A stretch of DNA of 63,884 nt, counting the filler, from Choristocarpus tenellus KU-1152 (lineage: Eukaryota > Protista > Phaeophyceae), in the NCBI GenBank assembly GCA_964200185.2. It is 12 parts of 12 records of this genome, joined end to end, with 100 filler letters (N's around TTAATTAATTAA, not from the genome) between each part and the next. Parts side by side here need not be neighbours in the genome. Positions count along the whole stretch, not along the records: positions 52,762 to 60,807 come from CAXNAD020005230.1; positions 60,908 to 63,884 come from CAXNAD020023220.1; 10 more parts are not named here. One strand, written 5' to 3'. The translations under genes and the position numbers were made by a program. The first letter of the stretch is position 1; every line of letters begins with the position of its first letter. Of this stretch, positions 52,662-63,884 are shown piece by piece. The notes beneath the pieces were generated by a model. That model did not search any database. It was not told the DNA's origin and worked only from the letters and a program-made list of their open reading frames with translations.

Positions 52662-52761
52662 NNNNNNNNNNNNNNNNNNNNNNNNNNNNNNNNNNNNNNN
52701 NNNNNTTAATTAATTAANNNNNNNNNNNNNNNNNNNNNNNNNNNNNNNNNNNNNNNNNNNN
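52662..52761. other. Artificial contig spacer
   Basis: N44-TTAATTAATTAA-N44. Confidence 0.99.
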
Positions 52762-53564
52762 AACCCCCCTCACTGCCTCTACCTCTCCCCTCCCGTCAGG
52801 TCCTACTGCCCTCCTGAGGTGCACTTCGCCTTCTGGTCTCTCACCAAGACTGCAGTCATGACCCACCCCCACCACCATGCCCTCTTCATCATACCCTGTC
52901 TCCTCCCATTGGTCTGTCCTCCTCTTCATATCCTCATGGGTGTGTGAGTTCCTCAACTCTCCTCTGGTACCCCTTGCCCCCCCCCAGCCTTGACAATCCA
53001 AAACAAACTCATCACCCCTCACATTCCTAACATCCCTCCCCGTCCCCCATGACCCGTACCCTTCGCCCTGTGCCTGCTCATGCCACCTTTGTCGCCCATG
53101 CAACGCCCTTTGCAAGTTTGCCTGCAGATTATCCCCACCACTGAGTTCCATCGAGAGCGGCCTAGTACTGCCATCACTGCCCCTGCCCCCTCCTCCTCTA
53201 CTGCTGGTCAAGATGCGAGCACGGGAAGGGGAGGATGGGCAACAGAGTGTTCCTTTCTGTCCGAAGGAGGAGGTTGACTGTTCACTTCTGAGGGTGGAGG
53301 ACTGTTCCCGCTGACGTACAAGCTGGCGATGCTCTGATTGGTCGTACTCAATGGAAGCATCCAAAGACAACAAGCTCCTTCCCTCTTCCTGGTTGTCATC
53401 CCCCATCTCTGGCTCTGGACCAGTGTCAAAGTCATCGTCGGAGCCACCATTATTGTGTTTTTCACTCTCCGCACTCTGGGCCTTTGAATTTGCATTGGGG
53501 AGGGGGGAGTCAAGGGTTGGCAAGGAGTACTTGTGGCAAAACATGGATAACAGAGAGGTGTTCT
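52762..53564 (-). CDS. Large low-complexity exon of an unidentified gene (possible upstream exons ~54541-54760 and 55161-55371)
   Basis: Stop-free S/G/E-rich frame of more than 260 codons after acceptor CTCTGTAG. Upstream exon phases could not be reconciled. Confidence 0.55.
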
Positions 53565-56479
53565 CTACAGAGGGTCAGCCATGATGTGAGAACTGGAAGT
53601 TGAGAGGTTGGGAACAGGGACTATCAAGATTAGGGTGGGGTAGTGCTGTTGTGAGCTTGTAGGCAGTGGGAGAGGGAAGAAGACCAGGATAAGAGCATGT
53701 GGAGAAACGATTGAAGAGGATAGGTACTCTGGATTAGGCGTGAAGGGGAACGAAGTGGTGATGTAGATAGAGAGCATGAAAAATGAGGCGAAAAATAAAA
53801 GAGACCAGGGGCTAACAAAGCAGTTGTCTCCTCGTCTCCTGCACAGGGGTGGGTTGGCCCATCCATCCATTATAAGTTGGATGTGACTGATGATCTCACT
53901 TTGGTACACTGTTGTAGTGCAGTGTCTGTCAATGTAGATGCAACATATATGCACACATGATGTAGATTTGGAGACACCTTAGCTCTACAGTTCTAGAACT
54001 CTCAAGAGCTCAGAAATCCTACCAAGCAGTTTAAACTAAGACAATTGATAGAAGGCTGTAGTGACTAGGGGAAGGGGGGAGCACAGCAAGTAGCTGTGCA
54101 ACAGTTGAAAAGATGGTATATGTGCAGGGAAATAAGAGATAACAGAGTGGATAATACTTGAAAGTAGGGGTGAAGGTTTGTTATTTTGCAATGATGGCCC
54201 TAGCAGAGGTGATTACTTTGGTCTCTGGCAGAGCTTGAACTGCTGCCTAGAGACTCTAAGGCACGTGCAAAGGAAAAAACGTAATATTCTAGGGAGCAGG
54301 GGATGAATGTGCAAAGCCGGGAATGGACTCTTCATTGGTTTGTGCTTGAGAGGGTTTGCAAGTGCGGATAAATGCAGCTCAAAAAAATTGCAAAAAACTC
54401 ACACAACTGGGTCAGAAATAGCAACAGTCCATCAAGGGCTAACTAAGCTGGAGTTGCCTAGGCCAAAACAATCCTAACCTCCTCCTATCCCATGCGTTGG
54501 CATCTTCGAAATCCCTGTCGCACTTTATCTACCTACCCACCTTCCTCGACAGCAAGGTGCGGTCCCTGTCCACCAGCAACCGGAGGACTCTTCTCCTCAA
54601 GCAGGGATCATCAGCTAGTGAAATCGACTGGTGCGATTCCGGGATGTTCCTGTCAGTCTCTACACCTCGATTGGTGTGGCATGGGGTATCCAACAAGGGC
54701 GAAGCAGGAGGGAAAGTCGTCGTAACCCGATCAGGGCCGGAGGAGAAGAGGGATATGCTGCCCAATATTGCACTTCAGTTCATTTTTTCAATAGTTCTGA
54801 TGTACACTGAAGATTGCTGACTCCTACATGAGCACTGGACTCAAACGCGTGAGAAAACAGAACGGTACCCGCACCAAGGAGGAACAGGGGCTGGGTCCAA
54901 TGCGAGGCCATGAGCCATCCCATCTTACAGGTATGGTTAGCACCGCCTCGACAATTTAAAACACTTCGTTGAGTTCAAATATTAGAAGTATGGGCACTGA
55001 CTTATGGGGGAGGGTGAGTCGTCGCACTATCGACAATGTGACCGTTGGACATATTCAATTGCTAGCCCTTGCAATACAGAAGAGATGCAGTTCCAGAAAA
55101 TCGAGCAGAATGGACAGTATATGCACAAACAGATATTTATTTCAATGAAAGAGATAATACCTTGGTTACAGTGTCTTGAACGCCAGGGAAAAGTCGCGGG
55201 TCCAGACTCTTCCCTCACCACCATGCCAGTGTGAGTCGCGCTCATCGATCCCGACAAGGAGCTATCGTTCGGTTCAGATTGCCAACGCGATCCATTCATT
55301 TGCTCCGCAAGGATACGTCGAACAACTGCATCCCTTCTAATGCTCGTTCGATTACCTTGTGCAGAGGACATTGGGTTTCCTCTACGAAGGTCCTCTCTTC
55401 AATTGCGAAAGATGTACTAGAGCGTTTTTTGCTTTCACCATAAAACTGGGAGGCGTGTTGATATTTGTACATTCCTTCCACAACATTGTATATATATTTC
55501 AGTAACACACACAACAAACAAGAGATGGAAATATATATCTTTCACATCTAGATATTTTTTGCATCAAATTTTTGTCTGAATGTCGTATCTCTCCTTTTTC
55601 TTTTTCCCAGATACTATTCTTACTTTTCTGTTCCTATTTTTGGTAATGTCTAATCAGCTCGAACATAACTTCATGTTTGTATGGACATGATGTGCTAAAT
55701 TATTGGCAGTCGCCTCTTGTATCAACTTTGTTGTGGGATAACTTTTGATCAACAATTTTTTCATGAAAATTTGTTTGCTGTAATCCCATCTATCAGCATG
55801 CTCATCCTTATTTGATGGGTCTTGGTTGGTCAACTTGTAGTAATCGTGAGAAATACAGGACCATACTTAAATCAAGTAGTTCGCGCGGGGGGTGCCATGC
55901 GGCGCGCGCGAACTTGGCATTGTAGATGATTTTGACGCCAGAAGAGGCCATCATCCAGAGAACATGGGCGTTGTCTCTCCATTCTCTTTCCATTATTTCT
56001 AGTTTATGTGATGTTGTCACCTGCTGACTAAGGCTCACTTATGGGACCCAGGTCTCTGAACCAGACCATCCATGCCAAGGCAAATGAGGTATTCTTAAGG
56101 TGCAGGCCTTCTGTGAGACTTGAATGTCTTGTACACCCTGTCCAAGTTGGTGCACTCCATGCCTTTCTCGTTAGAATATATCAGGTGGTAAGCAATACTC
56201 ATCCTGAAGACCTCTCCACAATTACTCTGGACAGCCCAGCCCCCCTTCCTCCTTAAGACTGACAGGAGTGTTGGCTCTCATTCCAGGCAGCGTTTAGTCA
56301 CAGCGGGCCTTGTACATAGTGCTTCGCCCGCCCCCAGACCATCTCTATCGAGTTCAATTCACTGTGTCCTGTGAAGACCAAGCGGCAACTCGGAGATCAT
56401 TGGGCGTCATAGTGTCCTGTGAGTCGCTTAAACAGTATTAAGCCGAGGTCCTTCCACGTATCGTTTTGGTGGTTACCAA

Positions 56480-56781
56480 TCTTCATTTATTTGAAAAGGT
56501 TGACCAACGAGTTAATCGACGATCAGCATATCGAATGAAAGCTCTTGATCTAAGCTATCGATTTAAGAAAGAAAATTATTTCGGAAAAATATTTTTTGGT
56601 CGTGATAATTCATTCCGAAACATTTTCAAGGTCATGCCGAAAACATTCGGTTAAAATTTAACCTTACCAAAATAATTTTCCGACATTCCTTTCCGGAAAT
56701 CAATAGCTTAGATCAAAAGCTTTCATTCGATATTCTGATCGTCGATTAAATCGTTGGGCAACCTTTTCAAAAAAATCAAGA
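56480..56781. mobile_element. Foldback (palindromic) element, ~150-bp arms
   Basis: TTTGAAAAGGTTGACCAACGAGTTAATCGACGATCAGCATATCGAATGAAAGCTCTTGATCTAAGCTAT pairs with its near-perfect reverse complement at ~56703-56772; centre ~56635. Confidence 0.9.
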
Positions 56782-56809
56782 CCAGGTTGATCCTAGATGT
56801 GACTGCCAA

Positions 56810-57380
56810 CACTATAGGACTCCAAAAGACAAGAAAAGATGTAGGATATGTTGTTTTGAACTGTATGAGTTCTGAGTCCGACCACAAAGTGTTTAGTGGG
56901 GGAGGAGACGAAAAGAGCCAAGTATGGAACTGGTTTGGCAGTGAAGCAATAATTCATACGACAGTCGCTGCCCATAAAGTAGAGGACTTTGACGAACGGA
57001 CGGATGATGAAAATTCGTGGTTGGTGACAGCCAGTTCCACTGGGGTTACCTTGTTGTGGGATATGCCCCAACAGAAGGGGCATTAGAGTCAGCCAAGGGT
57101 TGCTTCTGGGAGATGTTCTACACTGTGCAGTGTACCACACTCCCCTCAGAGATAAGCTCTTCACCCTGGTGAACGCGAACGGTCCCACAGTAAATAGAGG
57201 TGAAGGAGGAGGGATCATGACAACAAGAGGATTCTTGGGCCCCAAATACTCATCAAAAAACCCGTCTTACGGCTAGCACATTTTAGAGACGTATATGATC
57301 TGAACAAAGGAGAAGCCACCCTGGATTGTCCTGAGGAAGATAGAGGACATGATGTCCTTTTTTATTACATGTCTCTTTTT
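56810..57380 (+). pseudogene. Decayed WD40 gene fragment, RAE1/BUB3-like
   Basis: VLNC..ESDHKVFSGGGDEKSQVWN...VAAH...WLVTASSTGVTLLWDMPQ parallels RAE1 DGxxVFSGGCDK..MW...AxH...LVTGSWDKTLKYWDxRQ. Later WIVLRKIED recalls FALGSIEG. Stops are present. Confidence 0.5.
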
Positions 57381-57999
57381 ATTAGCTTTGTCACCCTGCT
57401 GACAAACTGAAAGTCCTGTAATACACAGGAAACCAGGTGGCAGGTGGAAGAAAGTACGAAGCATTTGTGCTCGGGTCTAGCTCAGCTTTTTTTGAGACAA
57501 GATGTTGATGAAGTTGAAAGTCTCAAGTGCACTACATTAAGGCTAATCATAAAACCTCCATTATTTGCTGGCATCTTCCATCATCACCAAATGAGCAATA
57601 CTATACAGCCCCTTTGATACTATCATCTGTACATGCACTGTAATATTACTGTAACGAAGGAGTCGAACTAATTGAGAGGTGGGTAGGTTTGGACCCTATT
57701 GCACTCTAAGTTGTATTTCTTACCTTTTGCGATACACTCTTTTTTTCATTGTTCTAACTACACAAAGTGTTCACAAAATTGATATCCCTCCTTTCCACAC
57801 ACAGTTACACCACAACATTAACCAAGCGCTTTTTCTGCAATTATACAGAATGGCGTCTTTGTGGCCTTCTCGGGATCTTTAAACTGCAACCCTCTCAATT
57901 GGTTTGACTCGAAGGAGACATGCCGATAGAGATACTCAGGAAAAGAGGGTGGGTGAGTGGCACCCAAGTATTGTTGGTTTTGACAGTGTGTTAGCATCT

Positions 58000-58145
58000 A
58001 ATAAAATATAGTAATGTAAGTTTGTATGTAATATATATTTAATTAGTTCTATGTAATATAAATGTAATGATGATTTGGATCTAATCATATAAATATAATA
58101 ATGGTAATATTTATGTAATATAAATGTAATGATATTGCACTATTA
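58000..58145. repeat. AT-rich degenerate tandem repeat
   Basis: TATGTAATATAAATGTAATGAT unit recurs with variants. Confidence 0.7.
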
Positions 58146-60699
58146 CATGAGACAACATAATGTTCCAACATAAAACACTCAACTCTCTCCAAACTGTTAT
58201 CCACCACTATGTAAATGATGTTACGCCATCCTAATTCTTTGGATAATAGTAGTGTTGAGTGGCGTTAAAGTTGTACTATATTGTTACAAATCTCCTGTAA
58301 TAATGATGAAATAACATCAGGCTTTGATTTCATAAGATACGTTTTATAGGTATCATAATGCTGGGTGCGTATTGGGCTGAGTCTTATGAGCATAAGATAT
58401 TGTCTTCAGTATGTTTTGGACTGGAGTGTGGACGTAGACACTTACGGGCAATACATAGTGTTACCATATGTTTTTATCTCCAGTGTTAAGGGGATTACAT
58501 ATTGTTGGGTATTTTGTTGTATGAGGTGTGCGTTTATTTTTGTCTACCAGACTCTTCCATTTGTTTGTTCTCCACTTCAATGATCAAACTAAGGTTTGAA
58601 AGAAGAATTCAGATTATAGAACTGCGGTCCTGCACGGAATAATAATTGACAAAACGAAAACAAAGTTATTCTGGACGATGGAATTCCCAGAGGAAAGAGC
58701 GCCAACATTCCCTTGGCAACGAACATTATACGCAAACAAGGAATGCTATAGAACAAAAGTGACTCGGGCATTGTATCGACAACACCCAATATGAATCAAC
58801 CGATCCCTGAATGTTGCGTTGGTGGTAACTGACGAAATATAAAAAACGCCTCGAATATTAGGTAAAACTGACGTTATAGACCAAATATGACAGAATACTC
58901 TACGGTGACGTTAGTGTTGAGCATTACATTTTTCTGAGGTGTTACTATTAATAGTATTGTGAATATTTTTCATTAGAAATACTATCTGTGACTTAAGAAT
59001 GGGATTATCCCAGCTCAAGCATGGTCCTAAAGGTATTACGCACTACACTACTTTCATACTACCTCATGTAACTAACTGTCGTACTTTCTGGCTAATCACA
59101 CCGCCTCCGTTCATGCCTTGCTTCTCACGTGCTGGGTTCAGCCACCCAACCACTCACCGTTTTGCTTCCTCCCTCAAATGTTGTGCGGGAACCGCCTGGG
59201 GCATAACTCCTCAATGAATGAAGCCTCACACAAAGTTTGGCAATAAAACATTAGTATTTTGCCGCCTTTGTTGCATTATTAATAATTGACATATTCTTGC
59301 TGCAACCGCAGGAGAGAGTGAAGTCAACTGCTGCAAATACTTGGAAGTTGCAACATTTATTTGTGTGAATAAACAGAGAAGAGAGGAAATACATTATACT
59401 AGGTATCTATCGTAACTTTTCCGGTGTGTCATAATGTACGAACTACCTGGGAGTATTTACAATACTACAAATAACAGTCATTTGTATATTCTGTGAGAAA
59501 TTAATGCAATGTAGTTCCAAGGTTTTGGGGGATGCAATGATTGGTTCCACTAGATTGGATAGGTACTTCAAAACGTTGCAGATGCTTCAAACAATAGAAA
59601 TAACAGTAATATAATGTGAATTGCACTCAAAGTTTACATTATTTCCCCTGCCTGAATCACACACGAAGTTCACAAGAAGAAAAAGTGCGTGAGGCGTATT
59701 TTTTAGTATTTTCTTTGAGGAAGTTATCTCGGGCTACTCTGTTCAACTAATGCCTGTTGTTCTAGACACAGCCGATAGTATTCAACCTCCCACGAGACCA
59801 TCAACCAATGCCACTAGGGTGAAAGATAAACGTATTTTTTGTAGCAATAGTACAAACTCTGCCCTGAACATCCGCGCTGCTACTGCAAAAACTTTAACAA
59901 TATTTTGACTACCAATAGCAACATTAGAGCTATCACTGCCAATAGTTAGGGAGTCAGTAGTTATAGTACCACGACTATTCCGTTCCGACCATGAAGTAGT
60001 AGTATCAAGTTGTGTTTTTGGTGGGGTCTGGGTAAAAAATGCAAGGAGCAGCACAAGCGACACAACTAGGAGGAAGAGAGCACATTATTGATCATTAGTT
60101 ATTATCCTTAATTATGTTATGTTAGCCATGTAATGCTGGATTTGTATATAGCAGCAGGTGATCTAGTCTCTACCCTCGCTTCAGTCCAATCATCACTTCA
60201 TCAGCAGAAGATAATTGGACTGGTGTATTGATTGTGCATCTGTCCAACAGTGAACCCCTCATCGCACTATAAAATTTAGATGTACCAGTAACCGAGCGTT
60301 TCACATTGCAGTATTCCAGCGATACAAGATGCAAGAGCAAGAAATAAGAAAGCTCTGACACTGGAGGGAAAGTCAGTAGTATCATACAACAAGCAAAAAC
60401 TGACAGAACAATGTAATAAACAAGTAACATGTACTGAAACTTTTCTCCAAAGCGATAACAACACAAAGACCACAGACTGCTACTATATTTATAGTCATGT
60501 GGACAATTGGACTTGGTAAGGTAAATCACTTTAAAACAGCAGCAATACAGAAATGTACTACATAATTGAAGTAACAGCTACTGCAGGGTAATTAAATTTG
60601 AAGGAGTTGTCACATGGTTCCTATTTACGGACAGAGGTAGTATTCGGGATATCTGTATTTTTTTACCGAATTTTTCGAGTTAGACAACAAAATATTTAT

Positions 60700-60807
60700 A
60701 TATTTTGTTTTGCTCACGAATTCTGGATTATTATTATTATTTTGCACATTCCTATTTTCTTATTCCTCTGTCCTCGATTCCCCTTTTGAGGACCAACCAG
60801 TGCGAAT
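60700..60807 (+). mobile_element. Second copy of the RTE LINE 3' UTR, or a SINE sharing it
   Basis: TTTTGCTCACGAATTCTGG(ATT)nTTGCACATTCC...GACCAACCAGTGCGAAT is the reverse complement of ~10480-10590. Confidence 0.8.
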
Positions 60808-60907
60808 NNNNNNNNNNNNNNNNNNNNNNNNNNNNNNNNNNNNNNNNNNNNTTAATTAATTAANNNNNNNNNNNNNNNNNNNNNNNNNNNNNNNNNNNNN
60901 NNNNNNN
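60808..60907. other. Artificial contig spacer
   Basis: N44-TTAATTAATTAA-N44. Confidence 0.99.
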
Positions 60908-60977
60908 CACCTGTGGGAAGCCAAGCCCCAAGTGGACAAACAGGGCAAAACTCGGACCCTCTAAGATACTTTCACTC
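60908..60977 (+). mobile_element. MITE family A, 3' end at contig start
   Basis: GGGAAGCCAAGCCCCAAGTGGAC...CCCTCTAAGATACTTTCACTC. Confidence 0.88.
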
Positions 60978-61599
60978 TGCATGGTAATAACACAGGCTCT
61001 TGCTTTTGTACATGCACCTGCGCACTCGTGCATCCTTGTTTCAAACATAAAAATGCTGAAAATAGAGAAATTTCTACCAGCACCAGGTCCATGCAACGGC
61101 CTGTTAACTGTATTGAACGCACCATTCAAAACCAAGGAATTCTACTGTATCCATCCATTCGTCTGTCAGTCTGAACATGCCAGCAATGGCTGCACAGAAC
61201 AGTTTGAGTCCTATCGTATTAGTACTACTGTGTATGAGGTGGACATAATAATAGCATGGTTGATGTGTAGGTCAGATTTTGACACAACAACTTCCTTCGC
61301 TTCAATGTAATTTTCCCTGTGCGCAAAGACACAATAATTCGTGTTCACGCTCCCTCCTCTCTTACCCTGTGCAACACGCAATCCCTGAGGGGTCGGCCCT
61401 TTCTAGAGGCGCCTATATACCATAAATATAGTCATTGTTTCAACAAATACCGTTTGCATCACATCATGAAGTCAGGGATGATCCTGACTCATGGTCAGAG
61501 GTGCTACACACTGCATTAACTCCCATACTAACTACTAACTGTTGCACTTTGGCTAATTGTAACGACTCCATTCCTTCCTTACCACTCACACATTAGGTT

Positions 61600-62700
61600 C
61601 AGCACTCCCACCCCTTGTTGCTCGGTCTCCTCCCTTAAATCTTCTCCTGGAGCCACCCAAAGGTTCACCCTTGATCTTGGTCCATCGTTTTCTGTGGCAC
61701 AGCTACAGACATGATAGTGCTGCTGGTGTACAATCCGTTGTGCTTGCTACATGGAATAGCATCATGGAAACCAGACTTTGAAGAAAAGAAGTCAGGTGCC
61801 ATGGGTCCGAACCCACTAAATTGATGCGGATAGCCACTGGCATTAAACTATCAGTCCCCAAAACACTCTGAACCTGCTACATACAACGCCTACCCTGTAG
61901 TGTGTAGAACGTATTACTACTACATCTATTCCCTTTTAGAAGATCTATTTGGATCTTCCGTTTTATATGCACCTTTGAAAGTACTTCAAAACGCAGGCAT
62001 GAAAGGGTCTTCCTGTCATCCTGATATCCAGATTTGCTGCAGTAACCCTTAGAAGTACTTTGTAGTGAGTGAAATACCAGATGCACTGCTGCAGACCGTT
62101 GTGTTAGCAGATACTTGAGGGGGATTATACAGCGGGTCTTTGGTAGCTGGTCAATGTCGGTGCCCTTGCAGCCACCCCTTTCCTTCCGTGCTGAGCCTAG
62201 TTGGGACCCAGCACACCAGCATCCTTTTTGGGCACCATGGTTCCGCCATAGCCTTGATATATTGTCTTAGCATTGGTGTCAAACATTTCTGTGACTCAGT
62301 TGAAGTCCCCTTGATCAAGGACTTCCCATTGCTGCCTTTGAGCATCTCTGCAAATACTGCTCTCCACTCCCCCAGCATCAGATTCTTTCCTTCAACAGTC
62401 TCAGGCATCTTTGTATCGGGGTACAAGATCACTATTAGACCTAGGAATGAGAACCATATATATATTTTTTCGCGGTCACCACTCGCCCTGCACGGTTGTG
62501 ATATTGGTGTCCCCCAACCGACGCAACACTTCTCCTCTCCAGAACAAGACTTACTAATACACTCGAACTTTTCCATACGTCCCTTAAGATGAGACAAGAA
62601 TCGTCGATGTTGACCAGAACGACCACCACACATAAGGCTATTTGAATAATGATTGTTTTCTTGAACCTCATACATAGGGATTTCGATTCACTATTTACGG
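61600..62700 (-). mobile_element. Decayed Ty3/gypsy pol (RT, RNase H, integrase remnants) and PPT
   Basis: KSCSG...WGTPIS...DREKI..FSFLGL (RT end), WLQGH...NPLKYLLTQ (RNase H), purine tract AAGGGGGTGGGAG before TG at ~61600. Confidence 0.68.
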
Positions 62701-63782
62701 ATTTTTTCCATCATTTATCACAGGATACATGAAATCTGTCAGAGTGGGTTTCGAATCATTGAAAAGAGAGATTTTCTATCCTTCTTTGGCAACAAACTGA
62801 GTGGTTGCTGAGATAAGTTGAATTGAAAATAGGTAACTCCACGAAGGTGTGTAGGCGACTAGGAAGCAGTACATGAAAGAGATCCCAAATTGCTGAAAAC
62901 AAAATCGAAGCCTACGAGGACTAGATTGATATCACCAGATACACAAAGCACGTGTGGTTTGAGAGTCTAGGCGGATCGTGGAGCAGGGTTGTGCTGCAAT
63001 TGCGATGACTGTACTTGAAGCAAAGCAGGTGATTGCTGACGTTCTGAGACCATTGTCAAGAAGAAATGAGTCATAGTGGAGGTCGAATTGAGGGAAGAGA
63101 AGGCAGAGACTGAGGACAAAGTCAAGCAAGCACTCACCAAGATGGAGGCCATTGTGATGATGGAGGAAGAAAGCGGATCAAAGGCTATTGTGACTGCAAT
63201 GCTTTGTGAGGAAGATGGGAGACGAAAGAGGGTGGTTCGTGAGAACCGCAAGGCTTAGGTCCGTGCTGAAGCTGCGAAAAAATAGTCAACGCTGTGCCTA
63301 AAGAGATCACGACATTTGAAGATGGACTTCGAGTTGAGAGAGAAAAAAGATTAGGAAGAACTCGAAAGAGAGAAGAACGAGCGTGCTTCCACACCTGGGT
63401 GGATGGCAAAGTGAACTATGTTTAGAACGTATCCAAGATGGACAAGCAACACCTCAGGATCGGCCTTCTTGGTGCTCTCCATTTTTGCTTGTCCAATGTT
63501 GCTTCTCACACTTGTGTTAGTGGTTTGTGATTTACCAACATTTTAGCATTACTCTTACGCGCGTTTTGTTCTCTAATTTATTTTTCTATAGTTGGGGAGA
63601 AAGATGATAGGTGTTGGGACCTTTTCATTGGCCAAACGACAATAGAAACACAAATAATTCAAAATTTTGCCAAAAAAATGACCCAACGGCAAAAAACGGC
63701 TCTCATTCACAGGGCTAACTGTATGACTGGAAGGGGTATCACCAAGGATTTCAAATGTAGGTTTTTTTGGTTTGCCCCATCT

Positions 63783-63884
63783 CGCTCAAAGTATCTTGGG
63801 GGGGGGGGGCGGCTGGCCATTTGGGGTCAGTGTTTTCATGTGGTGATTTTTGGGTGAATTGATTACATAGGTAGGGTGGCGAGT
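63783..63884 (-). mobile_element. MITE family B, truncated by window end
   Basis: CGCTCAAAGTATCTTGGGGGG...GCCATTTGGGGTCA. Confidence 0.85.

Noticed and set aside
56036-56280. TRIM-like mini LTR element (TTATGGGACCCAGG PBS-like site; similar site near 59195-59210 on the minus strand)
   Set aside because: No matching pair of LTRs could be found.
3827-60863. Recurrent TTAATTAATTAA as a biological repeat or CRISPR-like array
   Set aside because: Always centred in exactly 44+44 Ns, so it is an artificial linker. ORFs ending in XXX-LIN are artefacts.
1-63884. Fanzor/TnpB, viral or Polinton genes, prokaryotic operons or defence systems
   Set aside because: No RuvC/zinc-finger, capsid, polB or operon-like ORFs in the six-frame track; long ORFs are explained as exons or TE relics.

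Overview
Eukaryotic draft-genome DNA, not prokaryotic. Twelve short contigs are joined by eleven artificial 100-nt spacers (N44-TTAATTAATTAA-N44), so adjacency across spacers means nothing. GT-AG introns, interstitial TTAGGG repeats and the transposon types suggest a stramenopile, possibly a brown alga (inference only). Most of the window is decayed transposons: RTE LINE, copia, gypsy, pogo, and weaker piggyBac, Harbinger, Tc1 and CRE remnants. Superimposed is a clan of more than 20 whole or partial short MITEs in at least three families. They share a G(A/G)(G/C)(T/C)(C/G)AAAGTA terminus, make 4-bp TSDs of variable sequence (Sola2-like), and nest inside one another. Partial host genes that could be spliced by hand: an F-box plus cytochrome b5 fusion with a CPMH motif, a signal-anchored putative SAM methyltransferase, the last exon of an ALKBH6-like dioxygenase with a decayed tandem copy of its 3' end, a C-(T/P)-F-x-P repeat protein, and two hypothetical proteins. 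There is also a RAE1/BUB3-like WD40 pseudogene and a ~300-bp foldback. The best candidates for undescribed biology are the putative heme-sensing SCF adaptor and the nested MITE clan. I found no CRISPR array, rRNA, tRNA or intact transposase.
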